In this document: one piece after another, positions 12,290-24,969 of the stretch
Position numbering within the stretch: the first letter of the stretch is position 1
Layout of the letters: every line of letters starts with the position of its first letter
Source of the DNA: Blasia pusilla
Taxonomy: Eukaryota
NCBI GenBank assembly: GCA_050084515.1
Contig: CM114271.1
Coordinates: forward strand, 48,608,001-48,672,000
Reading direction: 5' to 3'
Length of the DNA: 64,000 nt
The notes under the pieces: model-generated
Told to the model about the DNA's origin: nothing
What the model saw: the letters and a program-made list of their open reading frames with translations, nothing else
The model's database searches: none
Translations under genes and position numbers: made by a program

Positions 12290-13000
12290 AGACTTAGGTA
12301 CGCTGAAGGGTCCCGCGATACGGATTGAGTTGGCTAGTGATACGCCGATCTTTCGTCGACCCTACAGGTATTCTGATATGGAACGAGCCTTGATTGAGAG
12401 CAGGTGTCAGGACTTTGGAGACAGGACTTGTGGAGTTGTCACATGGGGAGTATGCATCTGCCACAGTCATGCCGGCAAAGAAGGATATGTATGGCAATTG
12501 GACGAATAGGCGGATGTGTGGAGATTACCGTCCTATCAACCCTGCAGACGAGGTCGATCGGTATGCCATGGTTACTCTGAGGAGATCTTTGATGCGGTAG
12601 GGCATGCAAAGATCTTGATTTTTAGATCTCCCGTCTTTGGCTATCATCGCCTTCCTATCAAAGTTGGAGGACAAGGAGAAGACAACATTCTCGGGGATAG
12701 ATCGGTTTGGGAGAGATTGCTTGTATCGGTGGCGGTTCTTACCATTTGGGTTGAAGAACGCGCTGCAGAGTTTCGTAGAGTGATGGATAGGATTATGGTG
12801 GCTTGGATTTTTGTGCGATGTTACATAGATGATATTCTTATCTTGATTCCACGGTTGAGGAGCATGAGCGACACTTGGAGGAGGTGTTTGGCGATTGCGA
12901 TTACATGGACCAAGTTACATCCAGCAAGTGCAGATTCTTTCAGAGCAGATTGAGTACTTGGGACACACCATATACCCGAGTGGGTTAGGCGTTCAGCAGA
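12290..13000 (+). pseudogene. Gypsy reverse transcriptase with multiple frameshifts
   Basis: PIFRRPYRY, RMCGDYRPIN, LPFGLKN and CYIDDIL (about 12819-12840), followed by IEYLGH. Confidence 0.93.
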
Positions 13001-13204
13001 CGAAGGTAGAGGCTATTGCGCAGATTCCACGCCCCTACAGATGTGAGTCGAGTCCGAGCATTTCTTGGACAGGCGAACTTCTATCGACGGTTTGTCAAGG
13101 GTTTTAGTGCGATCGCAAAGTCTTTGACCTTGTTGACGAGACTTGATCAGGTGTGGTTGTGGGGAGATGATCAGGAGCGAGCATTTTAGGAGCTCAAGGA
13201 CAGG

Positions 13205-13615
13205 TTGACGTCCTCACCCATTTTACAGAGACCGGTTAGGGGTCGCCCATTCCAGTTACATACGGATTGGAGCATGTTGGGTCTAGGAGCAGTGCTTACT
13301 CAGAGGGATGACGAGGAGAGGGAGTTTGTTGTGGCTTACGCGAGTCGATCGAACAACATTGCAGAGGCGAAGTACATCTCCTACGAGGGAGAGTGCTTGG
13401 CTGCAGTGTGGGCGGTGGCACATTTTAGGTGCTATTTATTTGGCAACCCTTTCACACTTATCACTGATCATCAGCCGTTGAAGTGGTTGATGGAGTCCGA
13501 CAAGCTTACGGGAAAGCTTGCCAGGTGGGCTCTATTACTACAGGAGTATGAGTTTGAGGTGGTTCATAGGCCAGGTCGGCTGAACCAGGATGCGGATGGG
13601 TTGAGTCGTAACCCA
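13205..13615 (+). pseudogene. Gypsy RNase H domain
   Basis: FQLHTDWS, LGAVLTQ, VAYASRS, ECLAAVWAV, ITDHQPL, LARWALLLQEY and NQDADGLSR. Confidence 0.93.
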
Positions 13616-13999
13616 TGTCCGAGTCAGAGAGACGTCACGGGAGCTCGATGGCACGGAGAGAGTGATGAGGAGATGGTGCCCGGTTGGCATGCATCTACCT
13701 ATCTTTGTTGGTTGACTATGGGTGTCACCCACAGCGATGACTCCAGTGGTGGGGTTGGATGATGAGTCTTTGGATCCGGAGGTTAGTGAGGAGGCGACAG
13801 GTGGTCGTGATATCCATGACGATGTGGAGGTTGTGGACTTCTTGCGCACTGGCGTCATTGCGAGTACAGTGAGTGCTAGGGAGCGGGATCGGATCCTACA
13901 GAGAGCCAAGAGGTTCACGTGGGAGGGGACTCACATTTTGCGGGTATGGGGAGATGGTAGGATACGAGTGGTACCTCATCCTTCCCAAATGAGCACGTA

Positions 14000-15040
14000 G
14001 TGCGACATGCCCATGAGGAGTTGGGACATTTCGAGTAAAGCGATTTACGACTTACTCCATGTTCGTGATTGGTGGCGCGTCATGCATACCTTGGGGTATA
14101 GCGATTTGGGCGATATATGGTATGTAACAGAGTGCGAGCATCCTTCAATGCTCCCACTCCGCAGTTACATCCTTTGCCGATTATGGGTTTAGGTTATCGG
14201 TGGAGTTTAGACTTTGCGGGACCTTTGCCATTGACAGGGCGTCATCATAGGTACGTGTTAGTCATGGTGGAGCATTTCTCCAAGTGGATAGAGTTGGTGG
14301 CACTACCGAGACAAAGCAGCGAGGGAACAAATTTTATGCGTTTCTAGATCGTGTGCTTAGTCACTTTGGTGCACCGGCGGAGGTGTTGACTGACCAGGGT
14401 ACCGAGTTCAGGGGAGAGTTTCAGGCCTTGTGTGATCAGGCGCTGATAGATCACCGCACCACGTCCAGGGATCATTGGATTGGCGGAGAGAGCGGTACAG
14501 ACGGTGAAGAGAGGATTGCGCAAGTATGGCTTGCAGCGGGGAAAGTTGAGGGAGTGGGACCTACAATTGCCATGGTTGGCTATGGGTTATCGCTTTAGTC
14601 GGCAGGCATCCTTGGCGTCATTTTCACCGTACTTTTTGCTCTTTGGGAGAGAGCCAAATTTACCTGCAGCAATTCGACGTGACATGGCGGAGGTGTTAGA
14701 TCTTGATGATCCAGATGTGTGGGTGCAAGCATGTTCTCAGAGGGCAGAAGTTTGTCGTAGAGTTATGCCTATGGCCTTTGAGAACTTAGCTATTGCCCAA
14801 CATAGAGATACATTGAGGTACGCGACCATTCGTGGAGGAGGTTATTGTCCAGGGATTAGGAGGTTTCATCCCGGAGATTACGTGTATTTACAGCAGGCGA
14901 CATCCACGACGCTAGATGTCACTGCAGGGCGCACTATCCTACGTGTGTGCGAGGTATTACCGACCGGAGTCCTCATGTTGGAGGGACGAGATGGTATGGT
15001 TTGGAAGGATCATGTGCGCAATTGTGCGCCATGTCATCTT
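14000..15040 (+). pseudogene. Gypsy DDE integrase
   Basis: H..H..CxxC remnant, WSLDFAGPLP, EHFSKW, LTDQGTEF, GLAERAVQTVK and FSPYFLLFGR, with frameshifts. Confidence 0.93.
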
Positions 15041-15094
15041 CCGAACATAGATGGGACGGTGGATCCAAGCTTGGCGTGGTACTGCAGCTTGAGG

Positions 15095-15233
15095 TGTATG
15101 TTGTGCGGATCTGCGAGGGGTGGCCACCATGTTGGTATGTGATGGTTGTTCTCGAGGGTGGCATATGTCATGTCCTGACCCCCTCTTGATGTGGTTCCCA
15201 CGGGGACGATGGATGTGTGCGAGATGTGTATAG
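15095..15233 (+). pseudogene. PHD finger at the integrase C-terminus
   Basis: Across two frameshifts it reads CMLC...MLVCDGCSRGWHMSCLTPPLDVVP..RWMCARC, a C4-H-C3 pattern. Confidence 0.85.
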
Positions 15234-16115
15234 GGTAGTAGGTCATGTCGAGAGATGTGATATTTTCTATCTCGGAGTTAGGGGATCCAACCGCCACTAG
15301 GGGGCGGTTGTGTGATCTCCATGTATATGTATGAGTTTATTTTTGTACATGTGTGGATCGACCCGTGTGTGGGGAAGATCGGTGTTGTGTGGTATAGATG
15401 TGACAAGCGATGTATGTTGTGTAGCGATATGTATGCGCACGACAACTGTCACATCTGAGTAGCCGATAGGCCGAGATCTATCGTGGATAGGGCGTAGGAG
15501 CCAGCCGACTATCTTGAGTGTAACTTTGTCCCACAGTGTCGGATGAGGTTGAGGATAGGTCCATTGTGTCAGGAACGTCGTTTATGACGACTTTTATGTT
15601 GAGGTCTTTTACATCCGGGTGACTTGTTGACCAGGTCACCAGCCGGAGAAGCAGGGTTACTCAAGCATAAGGAGATACAGTTAATGAGGGGTGAAGTGCC
15701 GGAAGCAGCGAAGCTGAGGTGGGGGATGCGGTTGCATAGGGCGTCGTGCCCTCGGACGGAGTATAGGAAGGGAGTGACGGGTTTAGGAGTGGTATGGATA
15801 GTAGGGTCGGGCTACGTGGTGAGACGAGACGGGTTGGGACGGATGTGGTAAGGGTTGAATGTGGTGAGCAGCTACATGGTTGGTAGACCACCACAGATGT
15901 AGTTAGACATGGACTATAGTAGGAAGTTGGTAACTATGGTTGTTGAGATACATGGTTGATTCATGCTATGTAGTTGAAACGTTTTTCGAGAGACTTGATG
16001 TATTCGCAAGCTAGCGTGGTGAGATTCACGATGAGCGTGGCTAGTACTTTGTTGACTGGGGGCGGGACGAATGATCCACATCGATAGTCTACGACAGATT
16101 GGTAGTATGTCGATG

Positions 16116-17592
16116 TGTAATGTACGACTCTAGGAAAAGAGTACTCTTTCTATCACAAAGTACAAATTTTGTTCCGAAGAGACCACCATTTCCTGAGTAA
16201 AGAGAGGTTTTATAAGAAATAACAAGAATAAATCCTTCTTCAATGATTTTACTCACTAACTAGAATGACACTGTCTTTACAGGTGCAAAAGAATAAAAGG
16301 ATTTTCTTCCCTCTTGGAAAAGACAAGTGCACACGAAGACTCTTGCGAATCTTGAATAACAAAGCTCCATGAAGACCTCAAAGAGACCTCAAGAATGGTG
16401 GATCACCCTACTTTTAGAACTGAATCTGTCCTCGCAGTTTACTCATTGTCTAACAACTTACCTACGCTCTTCCTGATTATCTTATGGAAATCCAAAATCA
16501 CAAGACTCAACTCTCATCTCTACTGCAGCCCAATAGTATCCGCATTCAATTCCACACATAAGAAAGCATGAGAGAAGACTCTTCTTCTACATCAAAGAGT
16601 GGAAAGACTAGAAAGTGTACCAAGCTTCAGAGCACATAAGACTCTTTGGCTTGGATCATCCCCAAGTAACTCCTTACCCAATTCACCAAGACTACTAAGA
16701 AAACTTCTCACATAAAAGAATGACTCTGACCAATAGTATTGGAGAATTTGCGACACAAGGGAATGATCCCTTCTTCTATTAATTTATTATTGAAATAGTC
16801 TTTTATAACTCTGATTGATCTTCCTATTCTAATCTAGATTTCTAACTGTTAATCCTAATTCCTCTATTCAGATTCACCAACTCTTCATCTTCCTAAGACT
16901 TTTTGTTGCCCTGGCGATTTATTTCCGCTCTTTGAACTGCCACGCCGCTCCAATTCTGGTTTCCGAAACCACCACGACGGTTCAGTCTTCACGGTCTTTG
17001 CGCTCTTCATAGTCTTATCTTTGCGCAAAGACTCTGATCCTTCTGTCACCGCGAAGAGTCCTCCTTTCTACTTTCTTTCCATCCAGTGTCTTCAAAGCAT
17101 TTCCTATTCTTAATACACCTTTCCGCTTTTGTGAAGACTCTTTGACTTGTTTTGCTTCTTCCTCTTCCTTCTCTGAGTTCTTGGTCTTTGCTCTGGAGTC
17201 TTCGTTCTTCATTCTTTGTACGCAATCTTTGCACAAAGACTACCTTCATTCCTCTTTACAAAGAAGCTAGTCTTCAATGATAGTCTTTTACATTGTTCTT
17301 ACTGTGGTCTTTTCTTACGAAGCACCCGCGCTTCTTCTTCTAACTTCTTTTCCAGTCTTTTCCTACTTTTACACAATTCTCACTCTTCCAAGACAATCCT
17401 TAATCTCTTAACATATCATGTCCTCTCATCAGAGTTCTGTCAGTCACTCTTTCACACAATTTCAGTTAAGTAAGACTCTTTACTTCCGGTATTGAGTCTT
17501 AAGGAATACTTCCGGACTAAGTATTTCGGTTAAGGAAGACTTCTTTACAAAAGTTGGTCTTCTGTCAAAATTCAAAAAACGTCGGCACTACA
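16116..17592. mobile_element. Solo LTR (1477 bp)
   Basis: Termini TGTAATGTACGAC...GTCGGCACTACA and a perfect 5-bp TSD CGATG (16111-16115 and 17593-17597). The interior is rich in aagact/agtctt motifs. Confidence 0.88.
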
Positions 17593-17599
17593 CGATGCC

Positions 17600-20500
17600 A
17601 ACGGGAAGTTTGCATGACGAGAGGTTTGACATGAGGTCGAGGAGAGTGTTGTGTTGTGGAGGTGTCATACCACATGGAGGAGTGAGTGTTGACGGTGCAC
17701 TAGATTAATGGTTGGCATGATCAGGTTATCCATTCGAGTCCCTTTTCCCGCACTTGTCTTGTATGATTGAGAGTGTTGGGTATCGGGTAGTTGTTCATGG
17801 TAGATGGGTGTAGTGATGGTGATAAGTGTAGACTCCTTTTATGTGTATCATGTTGGTGGATATACGACGGTTTCTGAGTAGGGATCGTGTGTATGACCTG
17901 AGAGTATGTCAGTAGTTTAGGTGAGTTAGTGGGAGGCTCATGGTGAGCTCGAGTGTTGAGTGTGCGTGAGGCTAGGTGTGTCATCACGGGATCCACATTA
18001 GCGTAGGTGAGCTAGTGAGGAGTGTGGGAGACTCTCGGTGAGTCTGAGTGCTTGAGCGGGTAAGACAGGGTTGTCATCACGGCGTTCTTCCAAGGTTTGG
18101 AAGAACGGGGTAGTATGAGCAGTAATAGTGGTGTGACACGGAGTGGTGTGAGGTTTCGAGAGGTTTTGAGCAAGGAACCACCCCGACTCCCATCAGTGGT
18201 TGGATCGTCATCACTAGATAGTGGGTCTGGTGATGAGATTGTAACCGGGACGGTGATACGTGGAGAAAGATGGACGGCATGGGCCATTGGGGCATGCATC
18301 GTTTCTCGGGTGCGGTAGGCACCATAGATTTAGATGACTTACTCCAAGAGTTCGACACGTAAGATACGGATCCCTACACAGTTCAACCCTTTTATGGCAT
18401 GGAAGGGGTTGTTCCAGCACTTGGAGGGTCCGCTGATGGATGACTACATGGAGTTTCGATCTTTATACTCTATAGAGATCGATGCCTAGAGGGTGTATTG
18501 GGCTCCAAGGTATGTGTCCACTAATGGCCGCAAGGCGTATAATGGGATAGTGAGAGCAGAGAGACCTTCACCATCAGCCCGAGGACTAGATGGAGCGGAT
18601 GGTAGTGAGAGTGGTGAGGTGGTAGAGACCTCTCATGGTAGAGGACCACCGAGTTTCAATCCTACAATGGAGTTCTTCTAACAGTTGGGGAGGAGCTACC
18701 AGGGCGTGCGGACCGACAGGTTGAAGAGTCTACAAGATTTTCAGCGGAGATCAAGTGAGAGTCTGAGGGAGGCGTTCATGCACATGCGATGGCTCATCAT
18801 TGCCACATATGGGGTGATTGAGGCACAATCAATGTAGTAATGGTACGGGGTGCTAGATGAGGAGCTACATAGGAGAGTTGGGGATGCGATGTTGCTTCAC
18901 ACGGCAAAGCCCACATTGAAGGTGGTCTTCGAGTTGTCTAAGCGGGTATAGCTCAACATGAGTGAGGAGAAGGTGGTGACCACGGGATTTTTACGGGATT
19001 TGACGGGTTGACGAGTAGGAGTAGACCCACAAGTGTCCTAACATGCACCATTACCACGGGAGCGGGTCGATGGGCCCAAAGAGCAGAGCGGGTATCGTGA
19101 GCCGATGAGGCAACAACCCGTATCGACATATGTTTCCCAGCAAGGACCAGGGTTGGCTTGTTGGACGTGTGGTGGGTCACATAGGCAGAGGGACTGCCCA
19201 CCACATGGGAGAGGGTCACGGACGCCTCCGATTCCTCAGGAACCATAGAGGACCACGACCACATGGTCCACCACAGTTGCTGTGTGAGCATTGTCACCGA
19301 TATGGTCACACTAGGGATAGGTGTTACGATCTTTGCCGGGAGGTACGTCCAGAGGTAGGCAGAGGACTTGGGGGCAAGAGAGTTGGTGGAGATCGAGTGG
19401 TGGATGATCGTGGTGGTAGAGTGCCGTCGCTTGTCATAAGAGATGGAGGACATGCACCTGATGCAACGCTCCTACGCGCGTCAATCAGTTGGAGCAGAGG
19501 ATTGTTGCCATGACGATGATGTAGTTGCAGGCAAGCGCAGAGCTGAGAGTGGCAAGTGTGGTGCTAGCCTCCATATCTTACCATAATGCTAGTGAGGATT
19601 TTGCGGGGATGGGATTTATGTGTAGTGCGGCTTAGGTTAAGGCTAGTGCGGTGGTGATTCAGGGTGCTACGAGAGTAACCAAGCCATCAAGAGGTGGGGT
19701 CGAGATTGACCCACAGGAGGGGACCGATGGGCGGGTTCCCCAGTCGTTCATATTTTTGGAGGCACTTCATACACCGTCGATGGTGCCTCGACGACCGGTA
19801 GTACCCACGGATGGGACAAGTGCCTCGACGTCACGAGGAGTTGGAGAGACAACTCCTATGTCGGCTTGGGAGGAGCCAATGTCGACCATGTTGTTGGAGG
19901 TGGCCACTAGGGTCAGCCATGCTCCATTGTTTTCTGCCATGGAGTTGGCGACATTGGGAGTTGGACCAGTGAAGGTGTTCCGGCTGGCCGCCACATTGTG
20001 TGAGCGTGGAGAGGTGACTGCCTCTTGTTCAGAGGTAATTGAGGAGGTGGTGGACTTGCCCTCGGAGCATGTGCTCGGGACGTTTCCCACTCAATCATGG
20101 CATGTTGCGGCGGCAAAGTTGGTAGATATGCCAGCTAGGCCAACGATAGAGCGAGCTATAATCACACTAGGTGTTGTGTTGTTGGATAACCGAGCAGGTG
20201 TTTTTTGCTTGGTTAGTTCCACATGTACGGTGTACCACTCACTGTGCGTCTTACTTGATTCAAGAGTGCAACCCTTGATGTTAGGGAAGGCGGAGTGTTT
20301 GGCGTTGGGTTTACGGAAAGGCGACGTTGAGCGTTGTCCCTTTCAGAAATTTTCATATCGGCCAGGGTGGCCATCAGGTGATGGATAGGTGAGCCATCTA
20401 CCGGTGCACTTTGCAAGAGTTGGCGGTGGTCGACCACGTGAGGATGCGGTGACCACGTTCGCAGCATTCACAAGTGGTGTTCGCTGATGAGGAGGGTTTG

Positions 20501-21452
20501 GGGAGAGGAGCACACATTTGGAGGATATTCCTGTAGCGGATAGTCCCACGGAGAGACATGCCAGGGTGGGTGTCTCTTCCCATGGTGCAAAGCTTCTTTA
20601 TTGTTTTCGGGGATGAGCGTTTTGATGCGTGGAATGCAGACGAGCTTGTGAGGCATGTGCGGAGCAGTGTCTATGTTTGGAGCAGGGTATGAGAGTGTTA
20701 GATCTCTTCAGAGGGATCAACACCATGGTTTGCTATAGTGTGGCGTTGTTGCGAGGATGATGGCACTGATGGTGCTAGATGTGTACATGATAAGAGATCT
20801 TGTTGGGGACATATGTGTGTGCTATCTAGAGTTAAGGGGACCCAACTGCGAGGTAGGGGGGCGGTTGTGGGGTTCCAATGTATATGCGTGAGTATGTTTC
20901 ATTTATGTGTGGATCGACCCATATGTTGGGGAAGATCAGTGTTGTGTGGTATATAGATGTGACCAGCGATGTGGGTTGTGTAGCGATGTGTATGCGCATG
21001 ACAACTATCACATCTTATTTTGACGTAGGTAGAGTTCTATCGCGTTGACGACGTAGAGCGTCAACGTGCTGTTCGGGTGTAACTTCGTCCCGAGATGTCG
21101 GATGAGGTTGGCAACAGGTCTGTTGGGTCGGGAACATTGTTTATGGCAATTTCCCTATTTTGGTTTTAGTCCGTCAGGGGATCCGTTGACCGAGTCAACG
21201 GTCACCCGATAACTTGTGCACGCAGGTTATCGTTGGTAGGGCTATTTTTGGGGGAAGAGCCTTTTGGCTCTTTCCAAGCCATCTTTCTCATGTTGGGTTG
21301 TTGGAGCACCTCTCTTGTTGTGTGTGAGATAGGACGAGGGTGATAGCGTCTAGATTTCGTGAGAGCACAGGATGGACGAGGCTTGATATGCCGATGAAGA
21401 TTCACGAGTGGAGTTTTAGGCTACGTGTGCCGTTTTTACTACTCTTTATTTT
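17600..21452 (+). mobile_element. Second, internally deleted non-autonomous copy of the DNMT-Gypsy group
   Basis: 17610-20345 is colinear with 7555-10303 (leader, gag, protease; many stops). It keeps only DNMT motif I (GMRVLDLFRGINT, about 20686-20725), then jumps to the 3' UTR, PPT (about 20855-20865) and LTR (20866-21452). Confidence 0.88.
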
Positions 21453-21454
21453 GT

Positions 21455-21600
21455 TGTGGGGTCCCAGTGTATATGCATGAGTATGTTTCATTTATGTGTG
21501 GATCTATCCGTATGTTGGAGAAGATCGGTGTTGTGTGGTATGTAGACATGACCAGCGATGCGGGTTCTGTAACGATGTGTATGCGCACGACAACTATCAT
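21455..21600 (+). repeat. Additional LTR 5' segment in tandem after the LTR
   Basis: Diverged repeat of 20866-21010. Confidence 0.8.
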
Positions 21601-21609
21601 CTGACTATG

Positions 21610-22040
21610 TCTGCTCCAAGACACAAGCATTCCTCCACGCGTGCTTCACGAGCTTGTCGAACTCCTATGCAAATCAATGCTCGTACCCAAAATGGTAAAG
21701 AGGCCTCTACACCATGAGAATAGACACCCACCTTGGCATGTCTCTCCGTGGGACTATCCGCTACCAAGATGTCCTCCGCATGGGTGCTAGTGCTCCTCTC
21801 CAACAACTCTCCTCACCAAATAATCACTACGTGTGAATGGTGCCAACATGATCACGACATCACCTCGTGAACCACCACTACGCCTTGCAAACCGCACAAG
21901 TAAATAACTCACTCTTCCATCACGTGATCGCCATCCTAGCTGATAAGAAACCGCCTCCTCCTAGAAATCAAGGATGAAACCCAGGGGGTACAACATCGTA
22001 CTCCCTGCCAACATATCATACGGCTCTATTGATGTAGTAA
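21610..22040 (-). mobile_element. Inverted degenerate fragment of the protease-DNMT linker
   Basis: Reverse complement encodes HAEDILVADSPTERHAKVG and matches about 10430-10820. Confidence 0.75.
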
Positions 22041-24792
22041 TCACTTTTTGGGAGGGCTAAGAAGAGCCCCCCCCTCCCCTCCCTTTCCCCAAGGGGATGA
22101 TCATAGACAACGAGCAACCTTGCCTTTTAGGAACTTTCATAATTCTACTCTTGTAACTGATAGAATTTCACACACATAGGCAAATATTTGCGGGTGTCTA
22201 GCGACTATGGAGATTTGCAAACAACGTACGATTATGGGAAGTTGCAATCAAGACCGTAGTCGTATGACAACCGCACGATATTCACTCTCAAATTACAATT
22301 GCATGAAGGCCAAAAATTTGAAAATTTTGCTCACAAGACATAAAAAAACCCTTTTTAGTGGTTTTTGCAAGATTGACACTTGTTGTAATCCAATTGATTC
22401 ATGTTGCTTTTGTCATACTCTCAAGATTTCATCTATCATTTTTGAATTCATCCAAACAAAACTCATCACAACAATCACACCTCACGACAAAGACATGTAG
22501 AGATTGTGAAATTTACAAAGTTTATAGTTCATGGCAATTACTTCATCCCATTTTTTCATATATGTGCCTTATCTAGTAAGTTCAGCTTGTTGTGCAAACA
22601 TCCTTTGCATATCTACACAAGGTCTTACTACCATTGTTGCCTTTGTCAATATCTTTTTTCACGGATTTTTGTCATGTGAAAAACATTATTTACATAGCTT
22701 GCTTACATTGCGCATGGAACTGTGTAATGTCACACTATATACCACTATTTGGTTGACATCACTTACACTGCGTCCCATATCTATCTATTCATAAAGATAC
22801 TTCCCATTTCCATGTTAAATCATGTTGGTTGCTCCACCGGTTTGTAAAACATGATAGATAGGTAAAATCACTCATTTTGCATTTAGTGCAACAAGTTCAA
22901 AAGATCAGTGTATTTGTAAAATATGCACTTCATTATAAAACAATAGTGTGTGCCTAGGCCGTGCATGGGTTGAAATGACTAATATTTAATTAACTCCCTA
23001 TATTATTATGTGACATTCCAATTTAGAATAATTGTATTGATTGGAAGATCGAGTGGTCCTCTTGGTGGAGAGGGCGAGAGTGAAAAGAGAAATTGAAAGA
23101 TGAAAGGGCACTCCTCTCCATAGATTTAGGTGAGTGCATTTGGACATAGGTCTTGCGAGGTCTCCAAAGCCATTGATTGTAAAGGACGATCCCTTTCTAT
23201 GTTAGAGGGTATGTTATTAAATCATGTGTGGTATTTTCTACATCGTGTGAACTAAATACATGTGGAGTGTATCTCTACGTCCGGACATAAGAGTTGTGCA
23301 TCTACCTCTTCGTGCACCCCACAACCAACTTTTTTTTGATAAATCCATAAAAAAATGGAGAGTTCTATGGACAAAAATTCGAGAAACCCCGATAGGTGTG
23401 CAATAACTATCGCCAACTGCGTTCCAACTACGCACCTCGTGCTTTTTGAGCGGAATATTAGGCACGCATACTAGTTTTAGAGGATGCATAATTACGGCCC
23501 CTACATGTATGCTTTGTTGTGCTTCTCGATTGTGTATCAGTTTTGTGTTTCTATCTACTGTGGATCCATGTAACCCGATTCGTGTGACTTAAATTCATGT
23601 GATTAATAATATTTGTGTGATTTTAACAACCTCCTACTAATTCCATCCCATTCGTATATGATTAATGATATTTGTGACTTTAACAACCTTCGTGTCCATG
23701 ATGGTTCCTTTTCAGTGTATCCTCTCCCGTAATGGTTGTATACTTTGTAAACAAACTTGTTTGTATATGGGCATTTTTTCTCCATAACTTTTCCTCCTCG
23801 TATTCTCTCCTCTCCGAGCGATTATTCTATTTTGGTTTGTATTTCTGTCTCATCTGTCTTAGTCTTTCATGTCCATCTATACTATAATGCGAGGAGGGGG
23901 GGGTTACCTCTTATGGTTATTTTTTTTCCCAAAGAAGTGAAGCCCTCCATAAGCAATCATCTTGAAATGGCCGCTTTGAAGAAAAAGTTAAAACAAATTG
24001 AAAAAAAAAACCAAATCTATGGGAAAGTTCGGAGGGGGTTTCTTCTTATCTCACACGAGAGAAAGAGTTAAAAATTGGATATGAGCGTATATTTGGAGGG
24101 GATGTTATTTCACGAAAGAGTTAAAATTTCTAGACGATTTGAATAGACAACCTTATATTTGGAGGGGTCCTATTTCACGAAGATTTTATTTGATCGGAAA
24201 GTTGTCACACCCTTTTGAACTAACGAGCCGTAATATGACACCTATTAGCTCACTAGACGAGTAGAGAAATTTAGAATGGCCCATAAAATATGCGCTCTCT
24301 CTAAGTTGGAGCAGTCTTCACACTATTGCACACAGAGGATCTGAACAACGTGACATAGGAGGTGGGGAAAAGGCATTGAAGGTGGTGAAACTCTGCGCAA
24401 GGTGGTGAAATTGCGGCAAAGGGGCGAAGGGAATTTCAAGGTAAAATTCCGTTGTTTCTATCAAGTATTTCGAGGTACAGCTTCGCTCTCTCATTCTCTC
24501 GACTCTCAGATATTGATGGTGGGCGAAGCCCGCTTCTAGGACTTGAAATGGTTCAGTGGATCTTGTGTTTCCTTTGGCTGAGCTGCGAGTGAGTTTCACT
24601 TGAGGTTTTCGGTTCTACAATAGAGATCGCATTTTTGGGACGAAACGCAAAGCATGCGTTTCGTCCCAGAAATTCTGCATTTCATCCCAGAAATTCTGCC
24701 AATTGATTGCCCAAACCCATGAGATTGAAGACCTGGCGAGCGTTTTGGCATATTCTATTTGTACCATCTTTATCTCCTCTTTCTCTTTTCTC

Positions 24793-24819
24793 TTTGCCTC
24801 TCTCTCTCTTTATCTCTCT

Positions 24820-24898
<79 letters not shown>
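24793..24898. repeat. (TC)n microsatellite
   Basis: Direct reading. Confidence 0.95.
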
Positions 24899-24900
<2 letters not shown>

Positions 24901-24969
24901 CCATGGAACCTGAATGACCAGGATTGAGGGCCAGGAATGGTGGTTCTTCTCATTCTTGTGGAATGTAAG

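Larger units (their letters stand above)
7290..15444 (+). mobile_element. Ty3/Gypsy LTR retrotransposon: gag-PR-DNMT-RT-RNaseH-IN-PHD
   Basis: Domain order PR-RT-RH-IN. A polypurine tract agggggcggt near 15299-15308 is followed by the LTR start TGTGTG at 15309. The 3' limit of the LTR is not defined; 15444 marks only the end of the clearly shared repeat. Confidence 0.93.

Noticed and set aside
22945-22985. Possible Helitron 3' hairpin and CTRR end
   Set aside because: The hairpin is weak and the site is upstream of the Helitron ORF; cannot be supported.
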